From positions 1 to 64,000 of the forward strand of contig CAZPQW010000011.1 in the NCBI GenBank assembly GCA_964588985.1: 64,000 bases of DNA, written 5' to 3'. Source of the stretch: an uncultured Solirubrobacteraceae bacterium. GTDB lineage: Bacteria > Actinomycetota > Thermoleophilia > Solirubrobacterales > Solirubrobacteraceae. The position numbers were made by a program, and so were the translations under genes. The notes beneath the pieces were generated by a model. The model was not told the origin of the DNA and made no database searches. It saw only the letters and a program-made list of their open reading frames with translations. Shown in pieces: positions 15,254 to 25,387 of the stretch; the first letter of the stretch is position 1; each line of letters opens with the position of its first letter.

Positions 15254-16774
15254 ATGCCCAAGTACATCGGCGCGATCGACCAGGGAACGACGAGCACCCG
15301 CTTCATCCTGTTCGACCGCGACGGCCGGATCGCGGCGATCGACCAACGCGAGCACGAGCAGATCAACCCGCGCGCAGGCTGGGTCGAGCACGACGCGACC
15401 GAGATCTGGCTGCGAACGCGGGAAGTGATCGGCGGGGCGCTCGCCCAGTCGGACGCCGAGGCGGGCGACGTGGCGGCGATCGGCATCACCAACCAGCGCG
15501 AGAGCACCGTCGTGTGGGATCGCGAGACGGGCGAGCCGATCCACAACGCGCTCGTGTGGCAGGACACGCGCACCGACCAGCTGGTGCGCGAGCTCGCGGG
15601 CACGGAGGGCGTGGACCGCCTGCGCGAGCGCGTCGGCCTGCCTCTGTCGACGTACTTCTCAGGCCCCAAGATCACTTGGCTGCTCGACAACGTCCCCGGC
15701 GCGCGCGAGCGGGCGGAGAACGGCGAGCTGGCGTTCGGCACGATGGACACCTGGGTGCTGTGGAACCTGACCGGCGGCACGGCTGGCGGCGTGCACGTGA
15801 CCGACGCGACCAACGCGAGCCGGACGATGCTGATGGACCTCGAGACGCTCGACTGGCACCCGCCTAGCCTCGATCTGATGGGCATCCCCCGCGCGATGCT
15901 GCCCGAGATCCACTCGTCCAGCGAGCACTACGGAGAGGCGGCGGGCACTGCCGTCGGCGGCCGGCCGATCACCGGCATCCTCGGCGATCAGCAGGCGGCG
16001 CTGTTCGGGCAGACGTGCTTCGAGCGGGGCGAGGCGAAGAACACCTACGGCACCGGGTCCTTCCTACTGCTGAACACCGGCGGGGAGATCGCGCGCTCGC
16101 AGAACCTGCTCACGACCGTCGCGTACAAGCTCGGCGACGAAGAGCCCGCGTATGCACTGGAGGGCTCGATCGCCGTGACCGGCGCGCTCGTGCAGTGGCT
16201 GCGCGACCGGCTGGGGCTGATCGACACCGCCGCCGAGGTCGAGGATCTGGCCCGCACCGTGCGGGACAACGGGGGCGTGTACTTCGTGCCCGCGTTCTCC
16301 GGCCTGTTCGCGCCCTACTGGCGCGACGACGCCCGTGGCGTGATCGTGGGTTTGACTGCTTATTCAAATAGGGGCCACATCGCGCGGGCGGCGCTGGAGG
16401 CGACCGCATGGCAGACCCGCGAGGTGATCGACGAGGCGAACGCCGTCTCGGGAGTCTCGTTCACGGAGCTGAAGGTCGACGGCGGGATGACCGCGAACGA
16501 GCTGTTGATGCAGTTTCAATCAGACGTGCTCGGCGTGCCGGTGGTGCGCCCCACGGTTACCGAGACAACCGCGCTCGGCGCCGCATTCGCCGCGGGGCTC
16601 GCGTGCGGCTTCTGGTCGGACGTGGAGGAGCTGCGCGAGCGCTGGTCGGAGGACAAGCGCTGGGATCCGCGGATGGACGCGGCAACTCGCGAGCGCGAGT
16701 ACGCCAGGTGGAAGAAGGCCGTCACGCGCTCCTTCGACTGGGTCGAGCAGGAGGAGACCGCGCAGGAGCTGTAG
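15254..16774 (+). CDS. glpK: Glycerol kinase
   Basis: [40 protein letters not shown] and ETTALGAA motifs. Confidence 0.97.
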   Translation: MPKYIGAIDQGTTSTRFILFDRDGRIAAIDQREHEQINPRAGWVEHDATEIWLRTREVIGGALAQSDAEAGDVAAIGITNQRESTVVWDRETGEPIHNALVWQDTRTDQLVRELAGTEGVDRLRERVGLPLSTYFSGPKITWLLDNVPGARERAENGELAFGTMDTWVLWNLTGGTAGGVHVTDATNASRTMLMDLETLDWHPPSLDLMGIPRAMLPEIHSSSEHYGEAAGTAVGGRPITGILGDQQAALFGQTCFERGEAKNTYGTGSFLLLNTGGEIARSQNLLTTVAYKLGDEEPAYALEGSIAVTGALVQWLRDRLGLIDTAAEVEDLARTVRDNGGVYFVPAFSGLFAPYWRDDARGVIVGLTAYSNRGHIARAALEATAWQTREVIDEANAVSGVSFTELKVDGGMTANELLMQFQSDVLGVPVVRPTVTETTALGAAFAAGLACGFWSDVEELRERWSEDKRWDPRMDAATREREYARWKKAVTRSFDWVEQEETAQEL

Positions 16775-16777
16775 TCG

Positions 16778-17065
16778 CTAAGCGGAGGCGCTGTGGGCGG
16801 TTGCCCACTCGACGATCGCGCCGGACCCGTTGATCGTGCTGCCGTCGTCGAGCACGAGCACGGGGACGTCCTCCTGCCCGGTCAGCTCGCGGATCTCGTC
16901 GCGCTTGCCCCTGCGGCTGAAGGGGACGTTTTTGAAGCCCCCGACCACCTTCACGTTGTAGGTGTGCCCAGCCTTGTCGAGCGCCTCGGCGGCGACGCCG
17001 CACGGGTGCTTGACGATCGGCGCGTTCGCGCCGTGCGTGCGCGCGGGGCAGGTGTAGAGGTCCAT
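16778..17065 (-). CDS. Glutaredoxin/GST-N-terminal-like protein
   Basis: MDLYTC..HPC..ELTGQEDVPVLVLDDG..GSGAIVEW; -10 TACACT upstream. Confidence 0.8.
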   Translation of the reverse strand: MDLYTCPARTHGANAPIVKHPCGVAAEALDKAGHTYNVKVVGGFKNVPFSRRGKRDEIRELTGQEDVPVLVLDDGSTINGSGAIVEWATAHSASA

Positions 17066-17097
17066 GGGGCGGAGTGTAGTGCTGCAGCGCCGCGTCG

Positions 17098-18906
17098 TTA
17101 GCCGCCGTACATCCCGTCGATCGCGGCGGCGTACTTCTCCGCGATCGGCTTGCGCTTGAGCTTCATCGTCGGCGTGAGCTCGTCCGCGCCCGGGAGCCAG
17201 TCGCCCTCGACGAGGGTGAACTTCTTTATCTGTTCCACTTTCGCGAGCTTCTCGTTGGCGGCGTCCACCGCCTCCTGGACCGTCGCGCGGACGAGCTCGT
17301 TGCGAGCGAGCGACTCGAGCGAGGTGTCCTCGATGCCCTGCTGCGCCGCCCACGCGGGCGCGAAGTCGGTGTCGAGCACAATCAGCGCGGTGTTGTAGGG
17401 GCGCATGTCCCCGATGCAGCACGCCTGGCCGATCAGCGGCGAGGCGGTCTTGATCGTCGCCTCGATGTTCGCGGGGGACATGTTCTTGCCGCCCGCGCTG
17501 ATGATCAGCTCCTTCTTGCGATCGACGATCGTCAGGTAGCCGTCCTCGTCGAACGCGCCGATGTCGCCCGTGCGCAGCCAGCCGTCCTCGGTGAACGTCT
17601 CCGCCGTCTTCTCCGGCAGGTTGCGGTAGCCGAGCATCACCACTTCGGATTTGACGAGCACCTCGCCGTCGGTGTCGAGCTTGATCTCGACTCCCGGGGC
17701 GGGCGGGCCGACCGTCCCGATCTTGATCTTCGCGCTCGGGTTCACGCTGCCGGCGCCGCACGTCTCGCTCATGCCCCACAGCTCCGCGAGCGGCAGGCCG
17801 ATCGCGTGGAAGAACTCGAGCACTTCAACCGGCGTGGGCGCCGCGCCGACGTTGATCGCCTCGACCTGGTCGAGGCCGAGCATCGAGCGCAGGCCCGCGA
17901 AGATCTCCGCGTCCGCCTTGGCGACCTGCTCGGCGAGCTCCGCGGGGACCGGTTCGCCCTTCTGCTCGAGGCGAACCTTGGCGATGCTCGCGTCGAGCGC
18001 CGCCTGCATCTTCTCGCGCTGCTCCTCGGGCTGGCCGGCGACCATCGTCTCAAGGCCCGCCTTCAGCTTCTCCCAGATGCGCGGCACCGCGAAGAACCAG
18101 CTCGGGCGGACTTCCGGCAGGTAGCTGAGGACCTGGCGTGGGTCCTCGCAGCAGGTGATCTGCAGGCCGAAGACGATCGGCAGATAGTGGTGGGCGTTGC
18201 GCTCGGCGACGTGCGCGCTCGGCAGCCACGAGATGACGCGACCATTCTGCGGGAACTCGATCAGCTCGTCGAGCCCCTCGACGGCGGCGAGCAGGTTGCG
18301 GTGGATCAGCTGCACCCCCTTCGGCGGGCCGGTGGTCCCCGAGGTGTAGATCAGGGTGAGCACGTCGGTGGGCTTGATCTGAGCGACGGACGCCTCGATG
18401 TCGAAGCTCGTGTCCATCGCCTCGACATCGGCGAGAGAGAGCGTTCCCTCGGGCGCGTCGCCGTCGATCACGATCACGTGCTCCAGGTTGGGCAGGTCCC
18501 TGCGCGCCTCGAGCACCTGCGGCAGGTACTGCTGCTCGCAGATCAGCATCTTTGCGTCGGCGTCCTGCACCAGGTACTGGATCTGCTCGGCGGTGTAGGT
18601 GTTGTAGATCGAGAACGGCGCCGCGCCGAGCATCATCCCCGCGAGGTCGCACAGGTGGAACTCGGGACGGTTGGAGAGCATCAGGGCGAGCGTGTCGCCG
18701 TGTCCGAGACCTAGCTCGGCGAGAGAGCCGGCGAGCGCATCGACGCGGTCGCGCAGCTCGCCCCACGTGATCGAGAACTCGTCGCCTTTGGTGCGGATCG
18801 CGACCTCGTCCGCGCGCCCGGCGGCGGTGATGCGGAACGCCGCGGCTATCGTCGGCGCGCTCGCCGCCAACTCGCGCGTACCGATTTCGGTCACTGCAGC
18901 CTCCAT
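17098..18906 (-). CDS. Long-chain fatty acyl-CoA synthetase (FadD family)
   Basis: YTSGTTGPPKGV, WGMSET, GWLRTGDIG, DRKKELI and ELTPTMKLKR motifs. Confidence 0.93.
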   Translation of the reverse strand: MEAAVTEIGTRELAASAPTIAAAFRITAAGRADEVAIRTKGDEFSITWGELRDRVDALAGSLAELGLGHGDTLALMLSNRPEFHLCDLAGMMLGAAPFSIYNTYTAEQIQYLVQDADAKMLICEQQYLPQVLEARRDLPNLEHVIVIDGDAPEGTLSLADVEAMDTSFDIEASVAQIKPTDVLTLIYTSGTTGPPKGVQLIHRNLLAAVEGLDELIEFPQNGRVISWLPSAHVAERNAHHYLPIVFGLQITCCEDPRQVLSYLPEVRPSWFFAVPRIWEKLKAGLETMVAGQPEEQREKMQAALDASIAKVRLEQKGEPVPAELAEQVAKADAEIFAGLRSMLGLDQVEAINVGAAPTPVEVLEFFHAIGLPLAELWGMSETCGAGSVNPSAKIKIGTVGPPAPGVEIKLDTDGEVLVKSEVVMLGYRNLPEKTAETFTEDGWLRTGDIGAFDEDGYLTIVDRKKELIISAGGKNMSPANIEATIKTASPLIGQACCIGDMRPYNTALIVLDTDFAPAWAAQQGIEDTSLESLARNELVRATVQEAVDAANEKLAKVEQIKKFTLVEGDWLPGADELTPTMKLKRKPIAEKYAAAIDGMYGG

Positions 18907-19039
18907 CCCGTGCTCCTCCCGCTTCCTGACAGCCCCACCCCAGGGGCGATATATCGACCTGAAACCGTACAGGTCACTCAAATGATCATAGCCTGCCGAT
19001 GACGCTTCGCGCACCTGAGCAGAGGGCTACGCTGCGGCG

Positions 19040-20416
19040 ATGCGCACGGGAGATCTCGGCTTCTGGTGGCGCTCGGTGGGCGGTCCCCCGCCACCCCGTG
19101 CGCCGCTGCCAGGGCCGACGGAGGCGGACGTGGCGATCGTTGGCGCCGGCTACACGGGCCTGTGGACCGCGTACTACCTCGTGCGTGCGCAGCCGTCGCT
19201 GCGGATCGTGGTGCTCGAGCGCGAGACCGCCGGGTTCGGCGCCTCCGGGCGCAACGGCGGCTGGGTGTCCGGGTTCTTCTCCGGGCCGGCGCGCGTCTAC
19301 GAACGGGGCGGCGCAAGTGCGAGCTATGCGCGACTGCAGCGGGCGATGTTCGACACCGTCGAGGAGGTCGCCGCCGTCCTCGCTGAGCACGGGATCGACG
19401 CGGACTTCGTCAAGGGCGGGCACCTCGCGCTGGCGCTCGGCCCGGCCCAGGCGCAACACCTGCGCGACGAGGTCGCGGCAGCGCGTAAGCACGGCATCGA
19501 CGAGGCTGACCTGAGCAAGCTGTCCGCCGAGCAGCTCGCGCCGCGTCTGCGCGTGGCGGGCGCCGATGGGGCGACGTTCTCGCCGCACGTCGCGCGCGTG
19601 CATCCCGTCAAGCTCCTCACGGGCCTCGCCGACGCGGTCGAGCGGCTCGGAGTGACCATCCACGAGCGCACGCCCGTGAGCGAGATCCGCCCGCACGAGG
19701 CGCTCACGCAGTTCGGCACGGTCGGCGCGCGCTGGATCGTGCGCGCAACCGAGGGCTACACCGCGAGCCTGCGCGGCCTGAAGCGGGCGCTCGTACCGAT
19801 GAACAGCTCGATGATCGTCACCGAGCCACTCGCCCCGTCGACGTGGGAGGAGATCGGCTGGGCCGGCAGCGAGGTCGTGAGCGACAGCGCGCACGTCTAC
19901 GCCTACCTCCAGCGCACGGCCGACGGTCGCATCGCGATCGGCGGTCGCGGTATCCCCTATCGCTTCGCCTCGCGCACCGACGGGCGCGGCGAGACGGCCA
20001 CGACGACGATCGCGAGCCTGCGCGAGAAGCTGTCGAGCATGTTCCCCGCCGCCGCGGCCACGCCCGTGGACCACGCGTGGTCGGGCGTGCTCGGCGTCCC
20101 GCGCGACTGGTGCATGTCGGTCGACGCCGACCCGCGCACGGGGATCGCGTGGGCGGGCGGCTACGTGGGCGAGGGCGTCGCCGCGGCGAACCTCGCGGGC
20201 CGCACGCTGCGCGACCTGATCCTCGGCGAGCGCACGAGCCTGACCGAGCTGCCGTGGGCTGGGCGCGCGCCGAGCAGATGGGAGCCCGAGCCGCTGCGCT
20301 GGCCGGCCATCCACGGCGTGTACTCGCTCTACCGCGCCGCCGACCGCATCGAGCGCAGGACCGGGCGCCCGTCGCGCCTGGGGAGCCTCGTGGACGCCGC
20401 ATCGGGGCGCGTTTGA
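19040..20416 (+). CDS. FAD-dependent oxidoreductase (DAO/PuuB-like)
   Basis: IVGAGYTGLW, GASGRNGG and GYVGEGV motifs; leaderless -10 TACGCT. Confidence 0.9.
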   Translation: MRTGDLGFWWRSVGGPPPPRAPLPGPTEADVAIVGAGYTGLWTAYYLVRAQPSLRIVVLERETAGFGASGRNGGWVSGFFSGPARVYERGGASASYARLQRAMFDTVEEVAAVLAEHGIDADFVKGGHLALALGPAQAQHLRDEVAAARKHGIDEADLSKLSAEQLAPRLRVAGADGATFSPHVARVHPVKLLTGLADAVERLGVTIHERTPVSEIRPHEALTQFGTVGARWIVRATEGYTASLRGLKRALVPMNSSMIVTEPLAPSTWEEIGWAGSEVVSDSAHVYAYLQRTADGRIAIGGRGIPYRFASRTDGRGETATTTIASLREKLSSMFPAAAATPVDHAWSGVLGVPRDWCMSVDADPRTGIAWAGGYVGEGVAAANLAGRTLRDLILGERTSLTELPWAGRAPSRWEPEPLRWPAIHGVYSLYRAADRIERRTGRPSRLGSLVDAASGRV

Positions 20417-20540
20417 CAGCGCACGCGTGATTGCGATCCGATCCGTAAAAAGGCCGTACCGCATCGAATTCCTCCGCACGGGGTTAGAGAGCCAGAGAGA
20501 CGTTCGTACACAAGACCCCTAGCCCGAAGGAGAGGCACAG

Positions 20541-21902
20541 ATGCGTTCAAACAAGCTGAACGTGGCCATCGCGGCCGCGTCCGCTCTGCTGCTACTGGCT
20601 CCGGCCGGTGCGGCGGCGCGCGAACACCATCCCCGGTTCGACCGTAGGCACGCGAACCCCAGCGCGGGCTGCCGCGTGAAACTCAACGTCGCGCCCCACG
20701 TGCTCACGGCGGGCGAATCGGTACTCGCCTACGGGCAGCTGACGTGCGCGGTCCCCGCCTCCGAGCAGGCGCAGACGGTGACGCTCTACGAGCACTCGCT
20801 CGGCACGACCGGCTACGTGCCGGCTGGTACAGCCACGACCGACGAACACGGCTTCTACGAGCTGACCGTGAGCTCGATCACCGCCAACAGCAACTTCTAC
20901 GTGGTCGCGGGCGGTGCACGCAGCGGCACCAAGCTGGCGCGTGTGGCCGCACAGGTGACCCTTGCGGGCCCGGCCGAAGGCAGCCAGATCCTGACCGCTT
21001 TGAAGACCGGCAGGCGCAACCGCGTGACGTTCACCGGCACCGTCAGCCCTGACGACGTCGGCGCGATCGTCGTGCTGCAACGCCAGAACGCGATCACCGG
21101 CAACGACTGGCACCGGATCGAGGCCAGTGTGGTCAAGCCCGACGGTACCTATTCGCTCACCCACGTGTTCCGCGTGCCGGGCGACGCGAACATCCGCGTG
21201 CTCGTGCGGAGCAACCGGCGCAACATCCCGAGCGCCTCGAACGTGCTCAACTACGAGATCTCGCAGGCGCAGAACCCGCAGTTGACGATCGCGAGCTCGT
21301 CCGACCCGATCGCCTTCGGGCAGTCGGTGACGATCAGCGGCGCCGCCGCCGGTGCACCGAACACGCCGGTAACGCTGTTCGCACGCACCGCTCATCAGGG
21401 CGGTTTCGCGCCCGTCGCTCAGACCACGACCGACGGCAGCGGCAACTACGCGTTCGCCGCACAGTCGCCGGTGGCGAGCACCTTCTACCAGGTGCGCGGT
21501 GCGGGTAGAGCCTCAGCTGTGCTGTACGAGGGCGTCAAAGACGTGCTCACCGCGCAGGTGTCCGCAACCACGATTGCAGCCGGACAGTCGGTCACGTTCT
21601 CCGGCGGCGTCACGCCGGATCACACCAACCACGTGATCTACCTGGAGCGCCAGAATGCAGCCGGCACCTCGTTCCACGTCGTGGAGGTGGCGGTGATCGG
21701 TGCGGGCTCGACCTACTCGATCACGCATGCGATCTACTCCGTTGGACCGGGCGTGTACCGCGTGAAGGTTCCCGGAGACCCCCAGAACGGCGGCACGGTC
21801 AGCCCCGACTTCACCATCACGACCACACCGCCGGCACCCTCGACGCTGAAGCCCGAGGCTCCCGGCAACTCGACCCAGCCCTCGCAGGGCCAGGTCAACT
21901 AG
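20541..21902 (+). CDS. Secreted protein with tandem Ig-like beta-sandwich domains
   Basis: Signal peptide; repeated V.F.G.V.P..V.L(Q/E)RQNA and TTD..G.Y modules; SD GAAGGAG. Confidence 0.82.
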   Translation: MRSNKLNVAIAAASALLLLAPAGAAAREHHPRFDRRHANPSAGCRVKLNVAPHVLTAGESVLAYGQLTCAVPASEQAQTVTLYEHSLGTTGYVPAGTATTDEHGFYELTVSSITANSNFYVVAGGARSGTKLARVAAQVTLAGPAEGSQILTALKTGRRNRVTFTGTVSPDDVGAIVVLQRQNAITGNDWHRIEASVVKPDGTYSLTHVFRVPGDANIRVLVRSNRRNIPSASNVLNYEISQAQNPQLTIASSSDPIAFGQSVTISGAAAGAPNTPVTLFARTAHQGGFAPVAQTTTDGSGNYAFAAQSPVASTFYQVRGAGRASAVLYEGVKDVLTAQVSATTIAAGQSVTFSGGVTPDHTNHVIYLERQNAAGTSFHVVEVAVIGAGSTYSITHAIYSVGPGVYRVKVPGDPQNGGTVSPDFTITTTPPAPSTLKPEAPGNSTQPSQGQVN

Positions 21903-21919
21903 CCGGGACACCTCGAATA

Positions 21920-21980
21920 GAGCCAGGCACAGCACTGTGGCCGTCTCCGGGAGGGGGCGGCCACAGCTGTGTTCGGGCTC
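21920..21980. terminator. Long hairpin between convergent genes (bidirectional terminator candidate)
   Basis: CTGTGGCCGTCTCC-GGGA-GGGGGCGGCCACAG core at 21935-21966 with extended pairing. Confidence 0.7.
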
Positions 21981-21984
21981 GAGT

Positions 21985-22632
21985 TCAGGCGGCGACGGCG
22001 CGCGACTGCAGGTGCGCGCCGACCTTGCGCTTGACCCGCTGCAGCGCGTTGTCCACGGTCTTCGTGTCGCACGAGAGACGCTCGCCGACCTGCTCGTAGG
22101 AGTAGCCGTCGAGGTACAGCGACAGCACCCGGCTCTCGAGCTCCGAGAGCGCCGTCGAGAGGCACCCGACCAGCGAGCGCAGCTCCTCCGAGGAGATCAC
22201 CTGGTTGACCGGGTCGTGAACCGTCGGCCCGGGCAGCATCTGGTCGAGCGTCGGCACGTCGTCCCCGCTGCCCGCGGGCGTCGAGGAGAACGACACGTAC
22301 TGGTTCAGCGGCGTGTGCTTGTTGCGCGTCGCCGTCTTGACCGCGGTGATGATCTGGCGGGTGATGCAGAGCTCCGCGAAGTTGCGGAAGCTCGACTCGC
22401 GATCGGTGCGGAAGTCGCGAATCGCCTTGTACAGCCCGACGAGGCCCTCCTGGATCAGATCTTCGGAGTCGCCTCCCGCGAGGAAGTACGAGGACGCCTT
22501 CAGACGCACGAAACCGTGGTAGCGCCTGACGAGACGGTCGAAAGCGTTGCGGTCTCCCTGCTTCGCAAGCGCAATCAGAAAAAGATCTTCGACCTTAGGT
22601 TCAGAGTTAGGGTTATGCGTTATTCGAGCCAC
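21985..22632 (-). CDS. sigH: RNA polymerase sigma factor SigH (Bacillus sigma-H type)
   Basis: DLIQEGLVGLYKAIRDF, FAELCITRQIITAVKTATRNKHTPLNQYVS and KTVDNALQRVKRK; SD AAAGGA before GTG 22632. Confidence 0.92.
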   Translation of the reverse strand: MARITHNPNSEPKVEDLFLIALAKQGDRNAFDRLVRRYHGFVRLKASSYFLAGGDSEDLIQEGLVGLYKAIRDFRTDRESSFRNFAELCITRQIITAVKTATRNKHTPLNQYVSFSSTPAGSGDDVPTLDQMLPGPTVHDPVNQVISSEELRSLVGCLSTALSELESRVLSLYLDGYSYEQVGERLSCDTKTVDNALQRVKRKVGAHLQSRAVAA

Positions 22633-22753
22633 GAGCAGATCCTTTCTTGGGCCCACCTCCATGGCGGCCCCCAAAATTGCTCCGTGGCGCACTCCTCCCC
22701 TGGCGCCAAAGCTATTCAATTCCTAAGGTTTCTCAACCTTAGGTTCAGCGTTA
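22592..22753. repeat. Repeated AACCTTAGGTT-type boxes around the sigH start
   Basis: ACCTTAGGTTCAG(A/C)GTTA at 22592-22609 and 22736-22753; inverted copy CCTAAGGTT at 22722-22730. Confidence 0.65.
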
Positions 22754-22788
22754 AGTCTGCGGCAGCTTTACACAGTTATGAAACCTTG

Positions 22789-23508
22789 TCAAGCGTTCGC
22801 GCTGCGAATCTGCAAGATCTCGTACAGCATCGCCGCGGCGGCCGCGCTCACGTTCAGCGACTCGATCCTGCCCAGCAGCGGCAGCGATATCAGCTCGTCG
22901 CAGGCGCTCGCCACGCGCGGACGCAGACCGCTGCCCTCGCTGCCCAGCACGAGCACCACCCCCGCGCCGCCGTATTGGGGCGAGTCATAAGGGACCGGCG
23001 CCTTCCCGCTCGCACCGTCGGCGCTCGCGCCGTAGCACCAGCAGCCTGCCCGCCGCGCGTCCGCGAGGAAGTCCGCGAGGTTGCGCACGCGCGCCACGGG
23101 CAGGTGCTCGACCGCCCCGGCGGAGGCCTTGCACACGGCGGGGGTTATCTCGGCGGCCCTACGCTCGGGGATCACGATGCCTGCCGCACCCGCGCACTCC
23201 GCGGTGCGACAGATCGAGCCGAGGTTCTGCGGGTCCTGGATCTGGTCGAGCGCGACCAGCAGGGGGCTCTCCTTCGCGAGCAGCTCGTCGGCGCCGGCGT
23301 AGTGGTAGGAGCCGGCCTCCGCGCAGATCCCCTGGTGAGAGGCTGAGCCGCAGCGGCTCTCGATCTCCTCCGCGGTGACGGTCCGTGTCTTCACGCCCGC
23401 GAGCCACGGCTCTCGCACCGCGCCCGCGGTGACCCACACATCGGTCACCTGGTGCGCGCGTCGGCCCCGCAGGGCCTCTCTGACGGGGTTTCGCCCGTAG
23501 AGGATCAC
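22789..23508 (-). CDS. rlmB: 23S rRNA (guanosine-2'-O)-methyltransferase RlmB
   Basis: LYGRNPVREAL, HQGI, DPQNLGSI, KASAGA, GSEGSGL and SLNVSAA; GTGA overlap with cysS. Confidence 0.93.
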   Translation of the reverse strand: MILYGRNPVREALRGRRAHQVTDVWVTAGAVREPWLAGVKTRTVTAEEIESRCGSASHQGICAEAGSYHYAGADELLAKESPLLVALDQIQDPQNLGSICRTAECAGAAGIVIPERRAAEITPAVCKASAGAVEHLPVARVRNLADFLADARRAGCWCYGASADGASGKAPVPYDSPQYGGAGVVLVLGSEGSGLRPRVASACDELISLPLLGRIESLNVSAAAAAMLYEILQIRSANA

Positions 23509-24881
23509 AGCGGCAGCAGCTCGAAGCCGCCCGCGCCGTCGCGGACCGCCCAGCCCTGCGCGGCGATCTCGTCTCGCAGGCGATCTGAGGCCTCGAAGTC
23601 GCGTTCCGCTCGCGCCTGCTCGCGGCGTTCGGCCAGCTCGCGCACCTCTGCGGGCGCCTCTTCGACGGCGTCCAGCAGCGCGTCGAGCCCGAGCACGCCG
23701 AGCATCTCGCGCAGATGGGAGTCGCCCGGCGAGTCCCCGTGCACAGGGCTCGCCGTCTCGCGGATCCATTCGTTGAGGACCGAAAGCGCACCGGGCGTGT
23801 TGAAGTCCCGAGCGAGAGCGTCGAAGAACCTGTCTCTCAAACCGTTCAGGTCGGCCGGCGAATCTCCCGGTGACAGCCGACGTCCGGCCTCGCGGATGCG
23901 GTTGACGTTCGCCTGTGCCTGCTCGAGCGCCGTGTCAGAGAACGCGAGAGGCTGGCGATAGTGGCCGGAGATGAGATACATCATCACTGTGTCCCGCCCA
24001 TAGCGCTCGATCACCTCGTGCAGCAGCGCGATATTCCCCACCGACTTGGCCATCTTCTCGCCGGTGAACTGGATCATCCCGTTGTGCATCCACAGCTTCG
24101 CCAGATCCCGCCCGCGGGCCGCGCGGGTCTGGGCGGCCTCGTTCTCGTGGTGGGGGAACAGGAGATCCGAGCCGCCGCCGTGGATGTCGAATTCGACGCC
24201 CAGGTGCTCCTCGGCCATCGCCGAGCACTCAATGTGCCAGCCGGGACGACCGGGACCCCAGGGCGAATCCCACACGGTGTCCTCGCCGGGCTTGTGAGCC
24301 TTCCAGAGGGCGAAGTCCAGGGGATCCTGCTTGCGCGCGATCGGAGCTTCGAGATCGGGCTGGTGATCATCCGATTCATCCTCGCCCTGGTCCATGCTGT
24401 CGGGGTCCCGATGAGAGAGCGTGCCGTAGTCCTTATCGGAGCGCACGCTGAAGTAGACATCCCCGCCCGCCGCGTAGGCATGGTCGGTATCGATAAGCGC
24501 AGCGATGTAGGCCCTGATCCCGTCCATTGTCTCTGAGGCAAGGGGCTCGACATCGGGACGTCCCAGCCCCAGCGCACTCGTGTCAGCGAGATAATGGGCA
24601 GTCATCTCCGCAGCCAACTCAGCGCTAGACCCTCCCCGCGCGGCAACGTAGATCTTGTCGTTGACGTCCGTAACGTTGACGACCAACCTCACCTTGTAGC
24701 CATTGTGCTCGAGAAAGCGCTTGAGCAGGCTGAACACCACGAACGGCCTTGCGTTGCCGATGTGGATACGGCTGTAGACCGTCGGTCCGCAGGCATAGAT
24801 CCCGATGGGCCGCTCGGGGTCGGGAGGGCGCAGCTGCAGCAGCTCACCGGTACGGGTGTCGCGGAGCTTGACTCTTCGCAT
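23505..24881 (-). CDS. cysS: Cysteine--tRNA ligase
   Basis: YACGPTVY, HIGN, GRPGWHIECSAM, FPHHENE and KMAKS. Confidence 0.97.
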   Translation of the reverse strand: MRRVKLRDTRTGELLQLRPPDPERPIGIYACGPTVYSRIHIGNARPFVVFSLLKRFLEHNGYKVRLVVNVTDVNDKIYVAARGGSSAELAAEMTAHYLADTSALGLGRPDVEPLASETMDGIRAYIAALIDTDHAYAAGGDVYFSVRSDKDYGTLSHRDPDSMDQGEDESDDHQPDLEAPIARKQDPLDFALWKAHKPGEDTVWDSPWGPGRPGWHIECSAMAEEHLGVEFDIHGGGSDLLFPHHENEAAQTRAARGRDLAKLWMHNGMIQFTGEKMAKSVGNIALLHEVIERYGRDTVMMYLISGHYRQPLAFSDTALEQAQANVNRIREAGRRLSPGDSPADLNGLRDRFFDALARDFNTPGALSVLNEWIRETASPVHGDSPGDSHLREMLGVLGLDALLDAVEEAPAEVRELAERREQARAERDFEASDRLRDEIAAQGWAVRDGAGGFELLPL

Positions 24882-24907
24882 CGCCGCGCAACCCTAGCGG
24901 GCGTACG

Positions 24908-25387
24908 TCAGCTCGCGTGGCGAACGCTTGCGACCGCGAGCGCGGCGACGCCCTCGCCGCGGCCGACGAACCCGATCCGCTCGCCGGTGCTCGCCTTCAC
25001 GTTGACCCGTTTCGGCTCCAGTCCGAGCGCACCGGCGAGGCGCTCGCGGATCGCGAGGCGGTGCGGGGAGAGCTTGGGCGCCTCCATGATCACGGTGCAG
25101 TCGACGTTCACTATCTCCATCCCCTGCCCCACGACCATCGCGACGACCTCTTCGAGCAGCGCGATCGAGTCGGCGTCGCGCCAGCGCTCGTCGGTGTCGG
25201 GGAAGTGCTCGCCGATGTCACCAAGTCCACACGCGCCGAGCAGCGCGTCGATCGTCGCGTGCGCGAGCACGTCCGAGTCGGAGTGACCCTCGAGGCCGCG
25301 CTCGTTGGGTATCTCGATGCCGCCGATCACGAGCCTGCGCCCCTCGACGAGACGGTGCGAATCGAAGCCGATGCCGGCGAGCGTCAT
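24908..25387 (-). CDS. ispF: 2-C-methyl-D-erythritol 2,4-cyclodiphosphate synthase
   Basis: GIGFDSHRL, GHSDSDVLAHA, GDIGEHFPD and VNVKAST. Confidence 0.96.
   Translation of the reverse strand: MTLAGIGFDSHRLVEGRRLVIGGIEIPNERGLEGHSDSDVLAHATIDALLGACGLGDIGEHFPDTDERWRDADSIALLEEVVAMVVGQGMEIVNVDCTVIMEAPKLSPHRLAIRERLAGALGLEPKRVNVKASTGERIGFVGRGEGVAALAVASVRHAS

Noticed and set aside
20417-20540. GAGAGAC...CCGAAGGAG resembling a glycine riboswitch
   Set aside because: The 3' CTCAGG element is missing and GAAGGAG is explained as the SD; it is at most an unclassified structured leader.
24300-24750. Apparently lower-GC codon patch and a short acidic insertion within cysS
   Set aside because: The frame and motifs are intact; I cannot quantify the bias by eye, so a recombination patch is unsupported.
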